From Thermoanaerobaculia bacterium (lineage in GTDB: Bacteria; Acidobacteriota; Thermoanaerobaculia; Multivoradales; Multivoraceae): a DNA stretch of 64,000 bases. Within the stretch, counting starts at the first letter, position 1. Every line of letters begins with the position of its first letter. The stretch is taken from positions 3,072,001 through 3,136,000 of the forward strand of contig OY762911.1 in the NCBI GenBank assembly GCA_963666565.1. The letters run 5' to 3'. Positions 1 through 11,904 of this stretch are shown piece after piece. Below the pieces are notes generated by a model, which was not told the origin of the DNA, ran no database searches, and saw only the letters and a program-made list of their open reading frames with translations. Position numbers and translations under genes: made by a program.

Positions 1-1
1 C

Positions 2-3000
2 AGCGATGCCGATACACTGACCTTCCAGATCTGGGCGAAACGGCCCGCTCTCACGGCGAGCCCGAAGAACCTGACGATCAAAGGCGGAGCGACGGGGACG
101 TTCACGGTGGCGCCGACGACCCCGCCTACGGGCAAGGTGACGGTGTCGGTTTCGAGCGGGGCTGCCGGAACGGCGACGGTGAGTCCGGCGAAGCTGATCT
201 TCAACAAGGGCGACATCGCGGCAAAGACGGTGACGGTAACCGCCGTGCCGCACTGCAGCGCCACGGACAAGAGCGCGACGATCAACCTGAGGGCCAGCGG
301 CGGCGGCTACAACAACTCCTCGGCGTCGGTCAGCGTGACGGTCACGGCCGGTGACACCCCGGGTCCGGTCGCGACCGGAACACCTCTGACGATCAGCGAG
401 GGGAGCAACGGCTCCTTCAACGTGAGGCTGGCGGCTAGGCCCGCTGGCACGGTGACGGTAACGCCAGCGAGCGATGACGTCGGGGCGGCGACGGTGAGTT
501 CGAGCCTGACGTTCAACACTTCAAACTGGAACACTACGCAGGACGTGACGGTGACCGGCGTCCAGGACCCCGATGCGTGGAGCGAGAACGTGACGATCAC
601 TCTGACTTCGAGCGAGGGAAGCTGTGGCAGCGCTTCGGCGAAGGGCCCGGTGACGGTGATCGACGACGATTCGCGGGGCATCGATGTCGATCCGACGAGC
701 CTGTCGATCATGGAGGGCGGAACCGGCGCCTTCACGGTGAAGCTGTCGACGGAGCCGAGCGAGCCGGTGACGGTGTCGGTGGCGAGCTCGAACACGGCAG
801 TAGCGCCGGTCGACCTGGGCAGCCTCGCGTTCAACACTTCAAACTACAACTCCACGAAGACGGTGACGGTGACAGGAAAGAAGGCCGGCAGCGTCACGAT
901 CGACTTGGGGGCCAGCGGCGGCGATTACGGCAACGAATCGGCGTCGGTGAGCGTGACGGTGGTAGCGGACACGGCCCCCTCATTCAGGAACGAGGAGGTC
1001 GGAGACAAGGTCTGGACGAAGGACGAGGCGATCACGCCGATCACGCTTCCCGATGCGACCGGCGGCAACGGAACGTTGTCGTACGCGTTCAGTTGCGATT
1101 TGCCTGCAGGCGTGAACCGGTCGAACAAGACCATCAGCGGCACGCCGACGGCGTTGCTGAACTCGGCGACGTGTACCTGGACGGCGACGGACACGGACGG
1201 CGACACGGCCACACTCACGTTCACGGTCTCCGTAGTGGCGCCGCCGCCCGCGGACAAGACGCCGTCGTTCGGGAACGAGGACATCGACGACATGATCCTG
1301 ATCCGCAACCGGGCGATGACGACGAAGACCCTTCCGCAGGCGACCGGCGGCGACGGCGATCTGACCTACACGCTGTCCCCGGCGCAGCCCGCGGGTCTGT
1401 CGTTCGACGCCGCTTCTTCTTCGCGGACGCTCTCGGGCACGCCGACCGTGGCGCAGGACGCGACGGAGTACACCTACACGGCGACGGACTCGGACACGAC
1501 CTCACCGGACTCGGTGTCGTTGAAGTTCAAGATCACGGTAGTCGATCTGACCGTGAGCGCTACGAGCTTGACGGTCACGGAGGGTACGTCCGCGGAGGAC
1601 AAGAGAGACTTCACGGTGAAGCTGGCGACGCTTCCGACGGCCGACGTGACGGTGTCGGTGTCGAGCGGGGACACGACCGTCGCGACGGTGAGCTCGGCGA
1701 GCCTGACGTTCACGACGACGAACTACAACACGTTCCAGACAGTGACGGTGACGGGCGTGGAGGACGCGGACGCGTCCGACGAAAGCACGACCGTCAGCCT
1801 GAGCGCGAGCGGCGGAGGCTACGCCAACGTGTCGGCCTCGGTGAGCGTGACGGTGGACGACGACGATACGCCTACCCTCCTCGCCGCGGAGAGCGTGAGG
1901 ATCTCCGAGGACGGCAACGGCACGTTCACGGTGAGTCTGGCGACGCTTCCGACGGCCGACGTGACGGTGTCGGTGTCGAGCGGGGACACCGGAGCCGCGA
2001 CGGCGAGTCCGGCGAGCCTGACGTTCACGACGACGAACTACAGCACGGCGCAGACGGTGACGGTGACGGGCGTGCAGGACGCCGACGCGTCCAACGAGAG
2101 CGTGACGGTCAGCCTGAGCGCCAGCGGCGGGGACTACGCCAGCGTGTCGGCGTCGGTAGCCGTTACGGTGACCGACGACGATACGCGGGCGGTCGTCGCA
2201 AGCCCGACGAGCGTGACGGTGGCCGAGGGTGGCAGCGGCACCATCGCGGTGAGTCTGGCGACCCAGCCGACGGCCGACGTGACGGTGTCGGTGTCGAGCG
2301 GGGACCCGGGCGCCGCGACGGCGAGTCCGGCGAGCCTGACGTTCACGACGACGAACTACGCCACGACGCAGACGGTGACGGTGACGGGCAAGCAGGACGC
2401 CGACGCCTCCAACGAGAGCACGAGCATCGGCCTGACCGCTGCCGGCGGCGACTACGCCAACGTGTCGGCTTCGGTGAGCGTGACGGTGACGGACGACGAC
2501 ACGAAGGCCGTGGTCGCCAGCGTAGCGAGCCTGACGGTGGCCGAGGGCGGCAGCGCCACGTTCACGGCGAAGCTGGCGACGCAGCCGACGGCCAGCGTGA
2601 CCGTGACGACGTCGAGCGGCGACCCGGGCGCCGCGGCGGCGAGTCCGGCGACCCTGACGTTCACGACGACGAACTACGGCACGACCCAGACCGTGACGGT
2701 GACCGGCGTGCAGGACACGGACGCGACGAACGAGAGCACGACGGTCGGCCTGACCGCGAACGGCGGGGACTACGCCAACGTGTCGGCGTCCGTCGGCGTG
2801 ACGGTGACCGACGACGACAGCGTGGACAAGCAGCCCTCGTTCGGCGACAAGACGATCTCGGACATGACGCTGACGCAGAACCGGGCGATGACCTCTACGG
2901 TGCTGCCGGAGGCGACCGGCGGCGACGGGACCCTGACCTATTCGCTTTCGCCGGCGCTGCCCTCGGGGCTGTCGTTCGACTCTTCTCCTTCGTCGCGGAC

Positions 3001-6000
3001 GCTCTCCGGCACGCCGACCGCGACGCTGGCCGAGACGACCTACACGTACACGGCGACCGACACGGACGGCGACACGGCGACGCTCACGTTCAAGATCGCG
3101 GTGTCGGCGGCGCCGGCCAATCCGACCTTCAACGGGACGATCCGCGACCGGACGTGGGTGAAGAACGTGTCGATCGGCACGGTGACGCTGCCGGCCGCGA
3201 TCGGCGGGACCGGCTCGCTGAGCTACTCGCTGACCGGGACGCTGCCCGCGGGCGTGACGTTCGACTCTTCGGCGCGGACGCTGTCGGGCACGCCGACGAA
3301 GAAGCAGGCCGCGGTCACCTACACCTACAAGGCGACGGACACCGCCGCCAAGTCGGCGACGCTCACGTTCACCATCCGGGTGGACGGCAAGGCGTCGGAC
3401 GGCGCGGCGTTCGTGTCCTACACCGGCGTGCCCTCGACGATGACGGCGGGTTCGACGGCGACGGTGACGGTGCGGATGCGGAACGCGGGGACGACGACCT
3501 GGACCTCGGCCGCGGGCTACCAGTTGGGTTCGCAGCGGCCCGCCGACAACACGACCTGGGGCCTGAAGCGGGTCGCTCTGCCGGCCTCCACGCCGCCGAA
3601 CGCGACGGCGGACTTCTCGTTCAGCATCGCGGCGCCGTCGAAGGCGGGGAGCTACAAGTTCCGCTGGCGGATGCTGAAAGGCGCGGCCGGCTGGTTCGGC
3701 GCCAAGACGACGCTCGAGACGATCGCGGTGACGGCGGCGCCGGACACGTCGCCGTCGTTCGGGACGCCGCCCCTCGACCTGACGTGGGTGAAGAACGTGT
3801 CGATCGGCACGGTGACGCTGCCGGCGGCGACGGGCGGCAACGGCAATCTGACGTATTCGCTGACCGGGACGCTGCCCGCGGGCGTGACGTTCGACACGTC
3901 TTCCTCGGCGCGGACGCTGTCGGGGACGCCGACGAAGAAGCAGACCGCGACGACGTACACGTACAAGGCGACGGACACGGACGGCGACGCGGCGACGGCC
4001 ACGTTCACCATCCGGGTGGACGGGAAGGCGTCGGACGGCGCGTCGTTCGTGTCCTACACGGGCTTGCCTTCGACGATGGCGGCGGGTTCGACGGCGACGG
4101 TGACCGTCCGGATGAAGAACGCGGGCACGACGACCTGGACGTCGGCCGCGGGCTACCAGTTGGGCTCGCAACGGCCGGAGGACAACACGACGTGGGGCCT
4201 CAAGCGAGTCGCTCTGCCGTCGTCCACGCCGCCTAACGCGACGGCGGACTTCTCGTTCACGATCACGGCGCCGACGACGGTGGGCAGCTACAAGTTCCGG
4301 TGGCGGATGCTGAAGGGAGCGGCCGACTGGTTCGGCGCCAAGACGGCGCTGAACACCATCGCGGTGGAGGCGGACACGACGCCGTCGTTCGGCTCGTCCT
4401 CGATCCTCGACAAGACGTGGGTGAAGAACGTGTCCATCGGGACGGTGACGCTGCCGGCGGCGACGGGCGGCAACGGCACGCTGGGCTATTCGCTGACCGG
4501 GACCCTGCCGGCGGGCGTGACGTTCGACGACTCGGCGCGGACGCTGTCGGGCACGCCGACGAGCAAGCAGGACGCGACGACGTACACCTACAAGGCGACG
4601 GACGCGGACGGCGACGCGGCTACCCTCACGTTCACCATCCGGGTGGCGGGCAAGGCGTCGGACGGGGCGACGTTCGTGTCGTACAGCGGCGTGCCGACGA
4701 AGATCGTGGCCGGCGGCAAGGCGACGGTGACGGTGCGGATGCAGAACACCGGCACGACGACGTGGACGTCGGCGAACTACAAGCTGGGTTCCCAGCGGCC
4801 GGAGAACAACACGACGTGGGGCCTGAAGCGGGTTTCGCTCGCATCGGACGTCGCGCCGAACGCGACGGGCGACTTCACGTTCACGATCGTGGCGCCGACG
4901 GCGACGGGGAGCTACAAGTTCCGGTGGCAGATGATCCAGGGCGCGTCGGGCTGGTTCGGCGCCAAGACGACGCTGAACACGATTACGGTGGAGAACCCGT
5001 CGTTCGGGGACGCGACGGTGGCCGACCAGGCGTGGATCAAGGGCACGCCGATCGCGTCCCTGACGCTGCCGGCCGCGAGCGGCGGCACGGGCGCCTTGAC
5101 TTACGCGCTGACGCCCTCGCCGCCGGCGGGCGTGACCTTCACGGAGGCGACGCGGACGCTGGCGGGGACGCCGACGGCGGCAAAGGCGGAAGCCTGGTAC
5201 ACGTACACGGCGACGGACACGGCCGGCGACAAGGCGACTCTGTCGTTCCGGATCGAGGCGACGGAGGCGCCGGTGGACAACGCGGCGTTCGTGTCGTACT
5301 CGGGCGTGCCGTCGAAGATCGCTGCGGGCGGCACGGCGACGGTGACGGTGACGATGCGGAACACGGGCACGACGACGTGGACGTCGGCCGCCGGCTACAA
5401 GCTGGGCGCGCAGAGTCCGGCCGACAACACGACGTGGGTTTCGAGCCGGGTGTCGGTGCCTTCGGACACGGCGCCGAACGCGACGGCGGACTTCACGTTC
5501 GCGATCGCGGCGCCGTCGACGACGGGCTCGCACGCGTTCGCGTGGCGGATGGTGCGGGACTCGGCGACCTGGTTCGGCGATTCGACGACGAGCCGGACGA
5601 TCGCGGTGGAGGACCCGTCGTTCGGGGACGCGACGGTGGCCGATCAGGCGTGGGTGAAGGACACGGCGATCGCGACGCTGACGCTGCCTGCGGCGAGTGG
5701 CAGCAACGCGACGATGACCTACGCGTTGACGCCCGCGCTGCCCGCGGGCGTGACCTTCGCGGCGGCGACGCGGACGCTGTCGGGGACGCCGACGGCGGCG
5801 AAGACGGGAACGACGTACACCTACACGGCGACCGACGGGGCCGGCAACAAGGCGACGCTGACGTTCCGGATCCGGGTGGCGGCGGCTGCCGGCGACAGCG
5901 CGGCGTTCGTGTCGTCTAGCGGCGTGCCGTCGAAGATGGCGGCGGGCGGCACGGCGACGGTGACGGTGACGATGCGGAACACGGGGACGACGACCTGGAC

Positions 6001-7798
6001 CACGGCCCTGGGCTACAAGCTGGGCTCCCAGAGCCCCGCCGACAACACGACGTGGGGCACGAACCGGGTCTCCTTGGCGTCGGACGTGGCGCCGAACGGC
6101 GAGGCGGCCTTCACGATCTCGATCACGGCGCCGACGACCACGGGCGGGCACACCTTCGCGTGGCGGATGGTGCGCGATCCCGGTTCCTGGTTCGGCGCTT
6201 CCACGGCGAGCGCGACGATCACGGTGGAGGATCCGTCGTTCGGTGCCGCGACGGTTGCCGACCAGTCGTGGCAGAGGAACTCGACGATCAGGGACTTGAC
6301 CCTGCCCGCGGCGGGGGGCAGCGACGCGTCGTTGACCTATTCGCTGACGCCCGCGTTGCCGCCCGGCCTGATCTTCACGGCCTCGACGCGTACGGTGTCG
6401 GGGATGCCGAGGGCGGCGAGGGCGGCGACGACGTACACGTACACGGCGACGGACACGGACGGCGACAAGGCGACGCTGACGTTCTCGGTCGCGGTGGCCG
6501 AGGATCCGTCGTCCCAGTCATCGGCGGCGCTTGCGCCTCCGGCGCCGTCCGGCGTCTTCGACATGCTCGATTACTGGCTGCTGCCGCACGGTAGCGCCTT
6601 GAAGGTGCGGACTCGCCTGCGGAACGGGCGCGCGGCGCCGGCCGAGGGCTCGGCGTATCTCCGCTCCTTCTGGCGCGGCGACCTGTGGGGCAGGAAGGTG
6701 GCCCTCCTGGGAGATCCGGACAGCGAGCGCTACGACATCTTCGAGGAGGTCGAAGGCGGCCTCGACTACTGGGGGACGTTCGGCGGCGCCTCGGCGGGCA
6801 GGGAAGAGCGTCCGAGCATTGCGCTGGACCGTCCCTTCCGCTGGATGAACCGCTTCATGGCGGTGGGCGACGCAGTGCAGGGTCCCGCGACCGGCCGGCT
6901 GCTCTCGGACCGTAGGCGTAACCAGGCCGGCGTCCTGTGGTCGACGATGCGCATGGAGGCGCTGTCGCGCCGTGCCTCCTTCGAGGTGCCGCCGGTCCCC
7001 GGCCTCGTCTTCGAGGACGTGCTGGAAGTCCGGTACTGGCCGGACGCGGCGCGGGCGGAGGTCCACGACACGTTCTACCTGGCGCGGGGCTACGGCGCAG
7101 TGTACGCGCGGCGATCCGGGGTCGCTGCGCCGGGAGAGGTCGTCGAGTGGTGGGCGGTCGAGAAGGCGCTGACGCCGGTCGCGCCCGCGGCGCCCTCCGT
7201 ACCGTGGTTCGATCCGTTCTCTCCGGGCTGGCCGAAGACGGCGGTGCTGAACGGGAACCTGGACGATGTCGCGCCCGAAGTCGGACTCCTGGGCGAACCG
7301 GCCGCGACCTCCGCAGGGCTCGGACGCGACGGCGGGCGGGACAGGGCTTCCGCGGCGCCCGGCTGGACGGCCGCCTGGGGCGACGCGACGGTCGCCCGGC
7401 CGCCCTCGGGCCTCGACGCCGGTGCCTGGAGCCTGGTGCTCCGCGGCAGCGGCGACGCAGCGCCCGACGCCGCGGTCACCGCAGAGTGGATTCCCATCGA
7501 GGGCGGGACCTACCAACTCTCCGCGTGCATGGTCCGGGAGAACGTCAGCGACCATGTGTTCGTGGACTTCGACGACGGCGCAGGCCGGGATGCAACCTTC
7601 GACGACGCCCACCTGGTGTCCAGTTCGACCGGGACCTGGGAGTGCCGGGCCGTGACGAAGTGCATCCTCGCCTCGGTCGGCGCGGTAAGGATCCGGGCGG
7701 CCCGCGACGGCGCGAACCTGGGCGATGCCTGGTTCGACCGGATCGAGCTGAAGCGGATTGCCGCCTGCGAGGAGCGGCCGGGCGTCTCGCGGCCCTGA
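2..7798 (+). CDS. Giant repetitive surface protein/adhesin, 5'-truncated (>2590 aa): Calx-beta-like repeats, putative-Ig (He_PIG-like) repeats, NBR1-Ig-like (FW) repeats and a unique C-terminal region
   Basis: The frame is open from base 2 (SDADTLTFQIWAK...) to TGA 7798. By eye there are 7 units of type LTVxEG..FTVxLAT.P...VTVTDDD, 9 of type PSFG...LPxATGG.G.L.Y.L...LPAG..F....RTLSGTPT...YTYTATD, and 5 of type AAFVS..GVP....G..ATVTV.M.N.GTTTW...AP...G.Y.F.W.M....WFG. Thr/Ala/Ser-rich. Confidence 0.9.
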   Translation, partial: SDADTLTFQIWAKRPALTASPKNLTIKGGATGTFTVAPTTPPTGKVTVSVSSGAAGTATVSPAKLIFNKGDIAAKTVTVTAVPHCSATDKSATINLRASGGGYNNSSASVSVTVTAGDTPGPVATGTPLTISEGSNGSFNVRLAARPAGTVTVTPASDDVGAATVSSSLTFNTSNWNTTQDVTVTGVQDPDAWSENVTITLTSSEGSCGSASAKGPVTVIDDDSRGIDVDPTSLSIMEGGTGAFTVKLSTEPSEPVTVSVASSNTAVAPVDLGSLAFNTSNYNSTKTVTVTGKKAGSVTIDLGASGGDYGNESASVSVTVVADTAPSFRNEEVGDKVWTKDEAITPITLPDATGGNGTLSYAFSCDLPAGVNRSNKTISGTPTALLNSATCTWTATDTDGDTATLTFTVSVVAPPPADKTPSFGNEDIDDMILIRNRAMTTKTLPQATGGDGDLTYTLSPAQPAGLSFDAASSSRTLSGTPTVAQDATEYTYTATDSDTTSPDSVSLKFKITVVDLTVSATSLTVTEGTSAEDKRDFTVKLATLPTADVTVSVSSGDTTVATVSSASLTFTTTNYNTFQTVTVTGVEDADASDESTTVSLSASGGGYANVSASVSVTVDDDDTPTLLAAESVRISEDGNGTFTVSLATLPTADVTVSVSSGDTGAATASPASLTFTTTNYSTAQTVTVTGVQDADASNESVTVSLSASGGDYASVSASVAVTVTDDDTRAVVASPTSVTVAEGGSGTIAVSLATQPTADVTVSVSSGDPGAATASPASLTFTTTNYATTQTVTVTGKQDADASNESTSIGLTAAGGDYANVSASVSVTVTDDDTKAVVASVASLTVAEGGSATFTAKLATQPTASVTVTTSSGDPGAAAASPATLTFTTTNYGTTQTVTVTGVQDTDATNESTTVGLTANGGDYANVSASVGVTVTDDDSVDKQPSFGDKTISDMTLTQNRAMTSTVLPEATGGDGTLTYSLSPALPSGLSFDSSPSSRTLSGTPTATLAETTYTYTATDTDGDTATLTFKIAVSAAPANPTFNGTIRDRTWVKNVSIGTVTLPAAIGGTGSLSYSLTGTLPAGVTFDSSARTLSGTPTKKQAAVTYTYKATDTAAKSATLTFTIRVDGKASDGAAFVSYTGVPSTMTAGSTATVTVRMRNAGTTTWTSAAGYQLGSQRPADNTTWGLKRVALPASTPPNATADFSFSIAAPSKAGSYKFRWRMLKGAAGWFGAKTTLETIAVTAAPDTSPSFGTPPLDLTWVKNVSIGTVTLPAATGGNGNLTYSLTGTLPAGVTFDTSSSARTLSGTPTKKQTATTYTYKATDTDGDAATATFTIRVDGKASDGASFVSYTGLPSTMAAGSTATVTVRMKNAGTTTWTSAAGYQLGSQRPEDNTTWGLKRVALPSSTPPNATADFSFTITAPTTVGSYKFRWRMLKGAADWFGAKTALNTIAVEADTTPSFGSSSILDKTWVKNVSIGTVTLPAATGGNGTLGYSLTGTLPAGVTFDDSARTLSGTPTSKQDATTYTYKATDADGDAATLTFTIRVAGKASDGATFVSYSGVPTKIVAGGKATVTVRMQNTGTTTWTSANYKLGSQRPENNTTWGLKRVSLASDVAPNATGDFTFTIVAPTATGSYKFRWQMIQGASGWFGAKTTLNTITVENPSFGDATVADQAWIKGTPIASLTLPAASGGTGALTYALTPSPPAGVTFTEATRTLAGTPTAAKAEAWYTYTATDTAGDKATLSFRIEATEAPVDNAAFVSYSGVPSKIAAGGTATVTVTMRNTGTTTWTSAAGYKLGAQSPADNTTWVSSRVSVPSDTAPNATADFTFAIAAPSTTGSHAFAWRMVRDSATWFGDSTTSRTIAVEDPSFGDATVADQAWVKDTAIATLTLPAASGSNATMTYALTPALPAGVTFAAATRTLSGTPTAAKTGTTYTYTATDGAGNKATLTFRIRVAAAAGDSAAFVSSSGVPSKMAAGGTATVTVTMRNTGTTTWTTALGYKLGSQSPADNTTWGTNRVSLASDVAPNGEAAFTISITAPTTTGGHTFAWRMVRDPGSWFGASTASATITVEDPSFGAATVADQSWQRNSTIRDLTLPAAGGSDASLTYSLTPALPPGLIFTASTRTVSGMPRAARAATTYTYTATDTDGDKATLTFSVAVAEDPSSQSSAALAPPAPSGVFDMLDYWLLPHGSALKVRTRLRNGRAAPAEGSAYLRSFWRGDLWGRKVALLGDPDSERYDIFEEVEGGLDYWGTFGGASAGREERPSIALDRPFRWMNRFMAVGDAVQGPATGRLLSDRRRNQAGVLWSTMRMEALSRRASFEVPPVPGLVFEDVLEVRYWPDAARAEVHDTFYLARGYGAVYARRSGVAAPGEVVEWWAVEKALTPVAPAAPSVPWFDPFSPGWPKTAVLNGNLDDVAPEVGLLGEPAATSAGLGRDGGRDRASAAPGWTAAWGDATVARPPSGLDAGAWSLVLRGSGDAAPDAAVTAEWIPIEGGTYQLSACMVRENVSDHVFVDFDDGAGRDATFDDAHLVSSSTGTWECRAVTKCILASVGAVRIRAARDGANLGDAWFDRIELKRIAACEERPGVSRP

Positions 7799-7809
7799 AG
7801 AACGGGCTG

Positions 7810-9399
<1,590 letters not shown>

Positions 9400-9582
9400 G
9401 GCTGGCGTTTTCGGGCGGGGCGGGGCGGGGCGCGGAGGACAGAGGCGAGGCGTGGGCGGCCGCCCTGTCCGGGATCCTCGCGCAGCGGCCGGCGGAGTCT
9501 ATAGTCGGGCGCCGCCCGCCGGGGCGCCGTCCGTGCCAGAATGCGCGCCGCGCCACCCGGTTTCAACTGTCGAGGTAACCGC

Positions 9583-10770
9583 ATGACCGATCTGTCCGCG
9601 TTTCGAGAGGAGGCCCGCGCCTGGGTCGAGGCGAACTCGCCCGAGTTCCTGCGGGGCAAGGCGTCCGACCCGAACGCCTGGGCCGCCGGCGGCCGCAAGG
9701 CGCCCTTCATCTACCCGGAGAGCCGCGACTGGCTGCTGGCCGCGGCCGACCGGGGGTTCTCGGTGCCGACCTGGCCCGAGCGGTACGGCGGCGCCGGCCT
9801 GTCGCGCGACGAGGCGATCGTGCTGCACGAGGAGTTCGCCCGCCTGGCGCTGCCGATGCCGCTGACCGGCTTCGGCTACAGCATGATCGGACCGACGCTG
9901 CTCGACCATGGCACGGAGGCGCAGAGGACGGAGCACCTGCCGAAGATCGCCCGCGGCGAGATCCGCTGGTGCCAGGGCTACTCGGAACCGAACGCGGGCT
10001 CGGACCTGGCGTCGCTCGCCACGTCGGCGGTGCGCGACGGCGACTTCTACGTGATCAACGGCCAGAAGATCTGGACCTCCGGCGCCGACGAGGCGGACTG
10101 GATCTTCATGCTCGTGCGCACGGATCCGGACGTGAAGAAGCAGCGCGGCATCACCTTCATCCTGGTCGACATGGAGTCGCCGGGCGTCGAGGTGCGGCCG
10201 ATCCGGCTGATCAGCGGCGCCTCGCCGTTCTGCGAGACGTTCTTCCACAACGTGCGGGCGCCCGTCCACCAGGTCATTGGCGAGGTGAACTCCGGCTGGA
10301 CGGTGGCGAAGGCCCTGCTCGGCCACGAGCGGACGTCGATCGGCGGCATGGGCCGGGGCCGGCCGCGCGCCTCGCTGCCGGACCTGGCGCGCGACTACGT
10401 CGGCGTCGACGAGTCGGGCCGGATCCACGATCCCGCGCTCCGGGAGCGGGTGACCCAGTGCGAGATGGACGCGATGTCCTACGGGCTCACGATCCGGCGG
10501 CACGGCGACGGGCTGGAAGCCGGGCACAAGCCGGGGCCCGAGAGTTCGATGTTCAAGTACTACGGCACCGAGCTGAACATGCGCCGCGAAGAGCTGATGC
10601 TCTCGATCCGCGGGCCGCAGGCGCTCGGTTGGGAGGGCGAGGGCTTCGAGCCGGCCGAACTCGACCAGACCCGAACCTGGCTCCGCTCCCGTGCGAACAG
10701 CATCGAGGGCGGAACCTCGGAGATCCAGTTGAACATCATCGTCAAGCGCGTTCTGGGACTGCCGGACTGA
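9583..10770 (+). CDS. Acyl-CoA dehydrogenase family protein
   Basis: Motifs WCQGYSEPNAGSDLASL, INGQKIWTSGA and RANSIEGGTSEIQLNII; start MTDLSAFREE after GAGGT. Confidence 0.93.
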   Translation: MTDLSAFREEARAWVEANSPEFLRGKASDPNAWAAGGRKAPFIYPESRDWLLAAADRGFSVPTWPERYGGAGLSRDEAIVLHEEFARLALPMPLTGFGYSMIGPTLLDHGTEAQRTEHLPKIARGEIRWCQGYSEPNAGSDLASLATSAVRDGDFYVINGQKIWTSGADEADWIFMLVRTDPDVKKQRGITFILVDMESPGVEVRPIRLISGASPFCETFFHNVRAPVHQVIGEVNSGWTVAKALLGHERTSIGGMGRGRPRASLPDLARDYVGVDESGRIHDPALRERVTQCEMDAMSYGLTIRRHGDGLEAGHKPGPESSMFKYYGTELNMRREELMLSIRGPQALGWEGEGFEPAELDQTRTWLRSRANSIEGGTSEIQLNIIVKRVLGLPD

Positions 10771-11903
10771 TGGCCCCGCTCGTACTCACCGCACCCCAGA
10801 ACATGCTCGCCCGCACGGCGGCCGAGCTGATCGAGAAGCACGGCGGCGTGGACCGCCAGCGCAAGCTCCGCGACGAGGCCGGCGAACTCGGCTACAGCCC
10901 TGAGGTCTGGGCCGAGATGGCCGATCTCGGCTGGCTGGGCATTCCCTTCGCGGAGGAGCACGGCGGCCTCGGCATGGGCATGGCCGAGACGGTGCTCATC
11001 ACGGAGGCGATGGGCCGCGGCCTGGCGCCGGAGCCGTTCGTGTCGGCGGTCGTCTTCGGCGGCGGGCTGATCGCGGACGCGGGCAGTTCCGAGCAGGTCG
11101 CTGCGTGGCTGCCGCCGACGATCGAGGGCGAGAAGAAGCTCGCGCCCGCGCTGCTGGAGCCGGGCGGCCGGTATCGCGTGGCCCGCACGTCGACGGCGGC
11201 GGAGAGGAACGGCGGCGGCTGGTCGTTGTCCGGCGAGAAGACGCAGGTGGTCGGCGGCGTCGGCGCCGACGGCTACGTGATCCCGGCGCGGGCGGCCGGC
11301 GGCGACGGCCTGACGCTCTTCCTCGTGCCGGCCGGCGCGGGCGGCCTGGAGGTCGTGGCCCAGAGGCGCGTCGACTCGCGGAACTCGGCGATCCTGAGGT
11401 TGAACGGAGTCGAGGTGGCGGCGGATGCCGTCCTCGGCGAGGTCGACGGCGGGCTCGAACCGCTCGGCCGCGCGGTGGACCGGGCCACGGTTGCGGTCTG
11501 CGGCGAGATGCTCGGCGTGATGACGGAGGCCTTCGAGCGGACGATCGAGTACCTCAAGTCGCGCAGCCAGTTCGGCGTGCTGATCGGCACCTTCCAGGCG
11601 CTCAAGCACCGCGCGGCGAAGATGTTCATCGAGATCGAGCTGTCGCGTTCCACCGTCATGGCGGCGGCGCGCGCGCTCGACGACGGAAGCGACGACGCGG
11701 AACTCCAGGTCTCGAACGCCAAGGCGCGCTGCTCGGACGCCCTGATCCTCGTCACCAACGAGGCCCTGCAGATGCACGGCGGCATCGGCATGACCGACGA
11801 GCACGACGTCGGCCTGTTCATGAAACGCGCCCGGGCCCTCGAGTTCGCCTTCGGCGACGCGGCGTTCCACCGCGAACGGTTCGCGCGTTTGCGCGGCTTC
11901 TGA
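10770..11903 (+). CDS. Acyl-CoA dehydrogenase family protein, likely the partner subunit of a heteromeric pair
   Basis: TGATG overlap with the upstream ACAD; motifs WAEMADLGWLG, RSQFGVLIGTFQALKHR and LQMHGGIGMTDEHD. Confidence 0.92.
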   Translation: MAPLVLTAPQNMLARTAAELIEKHGGVDRQRKLRDEAGELGYSPEVWAEMADLGWLGIPFAEEHGGLGMGMAETVLITEAMGRGLAPEPFVSAVVFGGGLIADAGSSEQVAAWLPPTIEGEKKLAPALLEPGGRYRVARTSTAAERNGGGWSLSGEKTQVVGGVGADGYVIPARAAGGDGLTLFLVPAGAGGLEVVAQRRVDSRNSAILRLNGVEVAADAVLGEVDGGLEPLGRAVDRATVAVCGEMLGVMTEAFERTIEYLKSRSQFGVLIGTFQALKHRAAKMFIEIELSRSTVMAAARALDDGSDDAELQVSNAKARCSDALILVTNEALQMHGGIGMTDEHDVGLFMKRARALEFAFGDAAFHRERFARLRGF

Positions 11904-11904
11904 A

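Noticed and set aside
577-6151. Very long alternative ORFs over the giant gene (577..4236 +, 1502..6151 -, 4300..5919 +)
   Set aside because: These are Arg/Gly/His-rich shadow frames produced by high GC and the codon bias of the real Thr-rich frame; they have no domain motifs.
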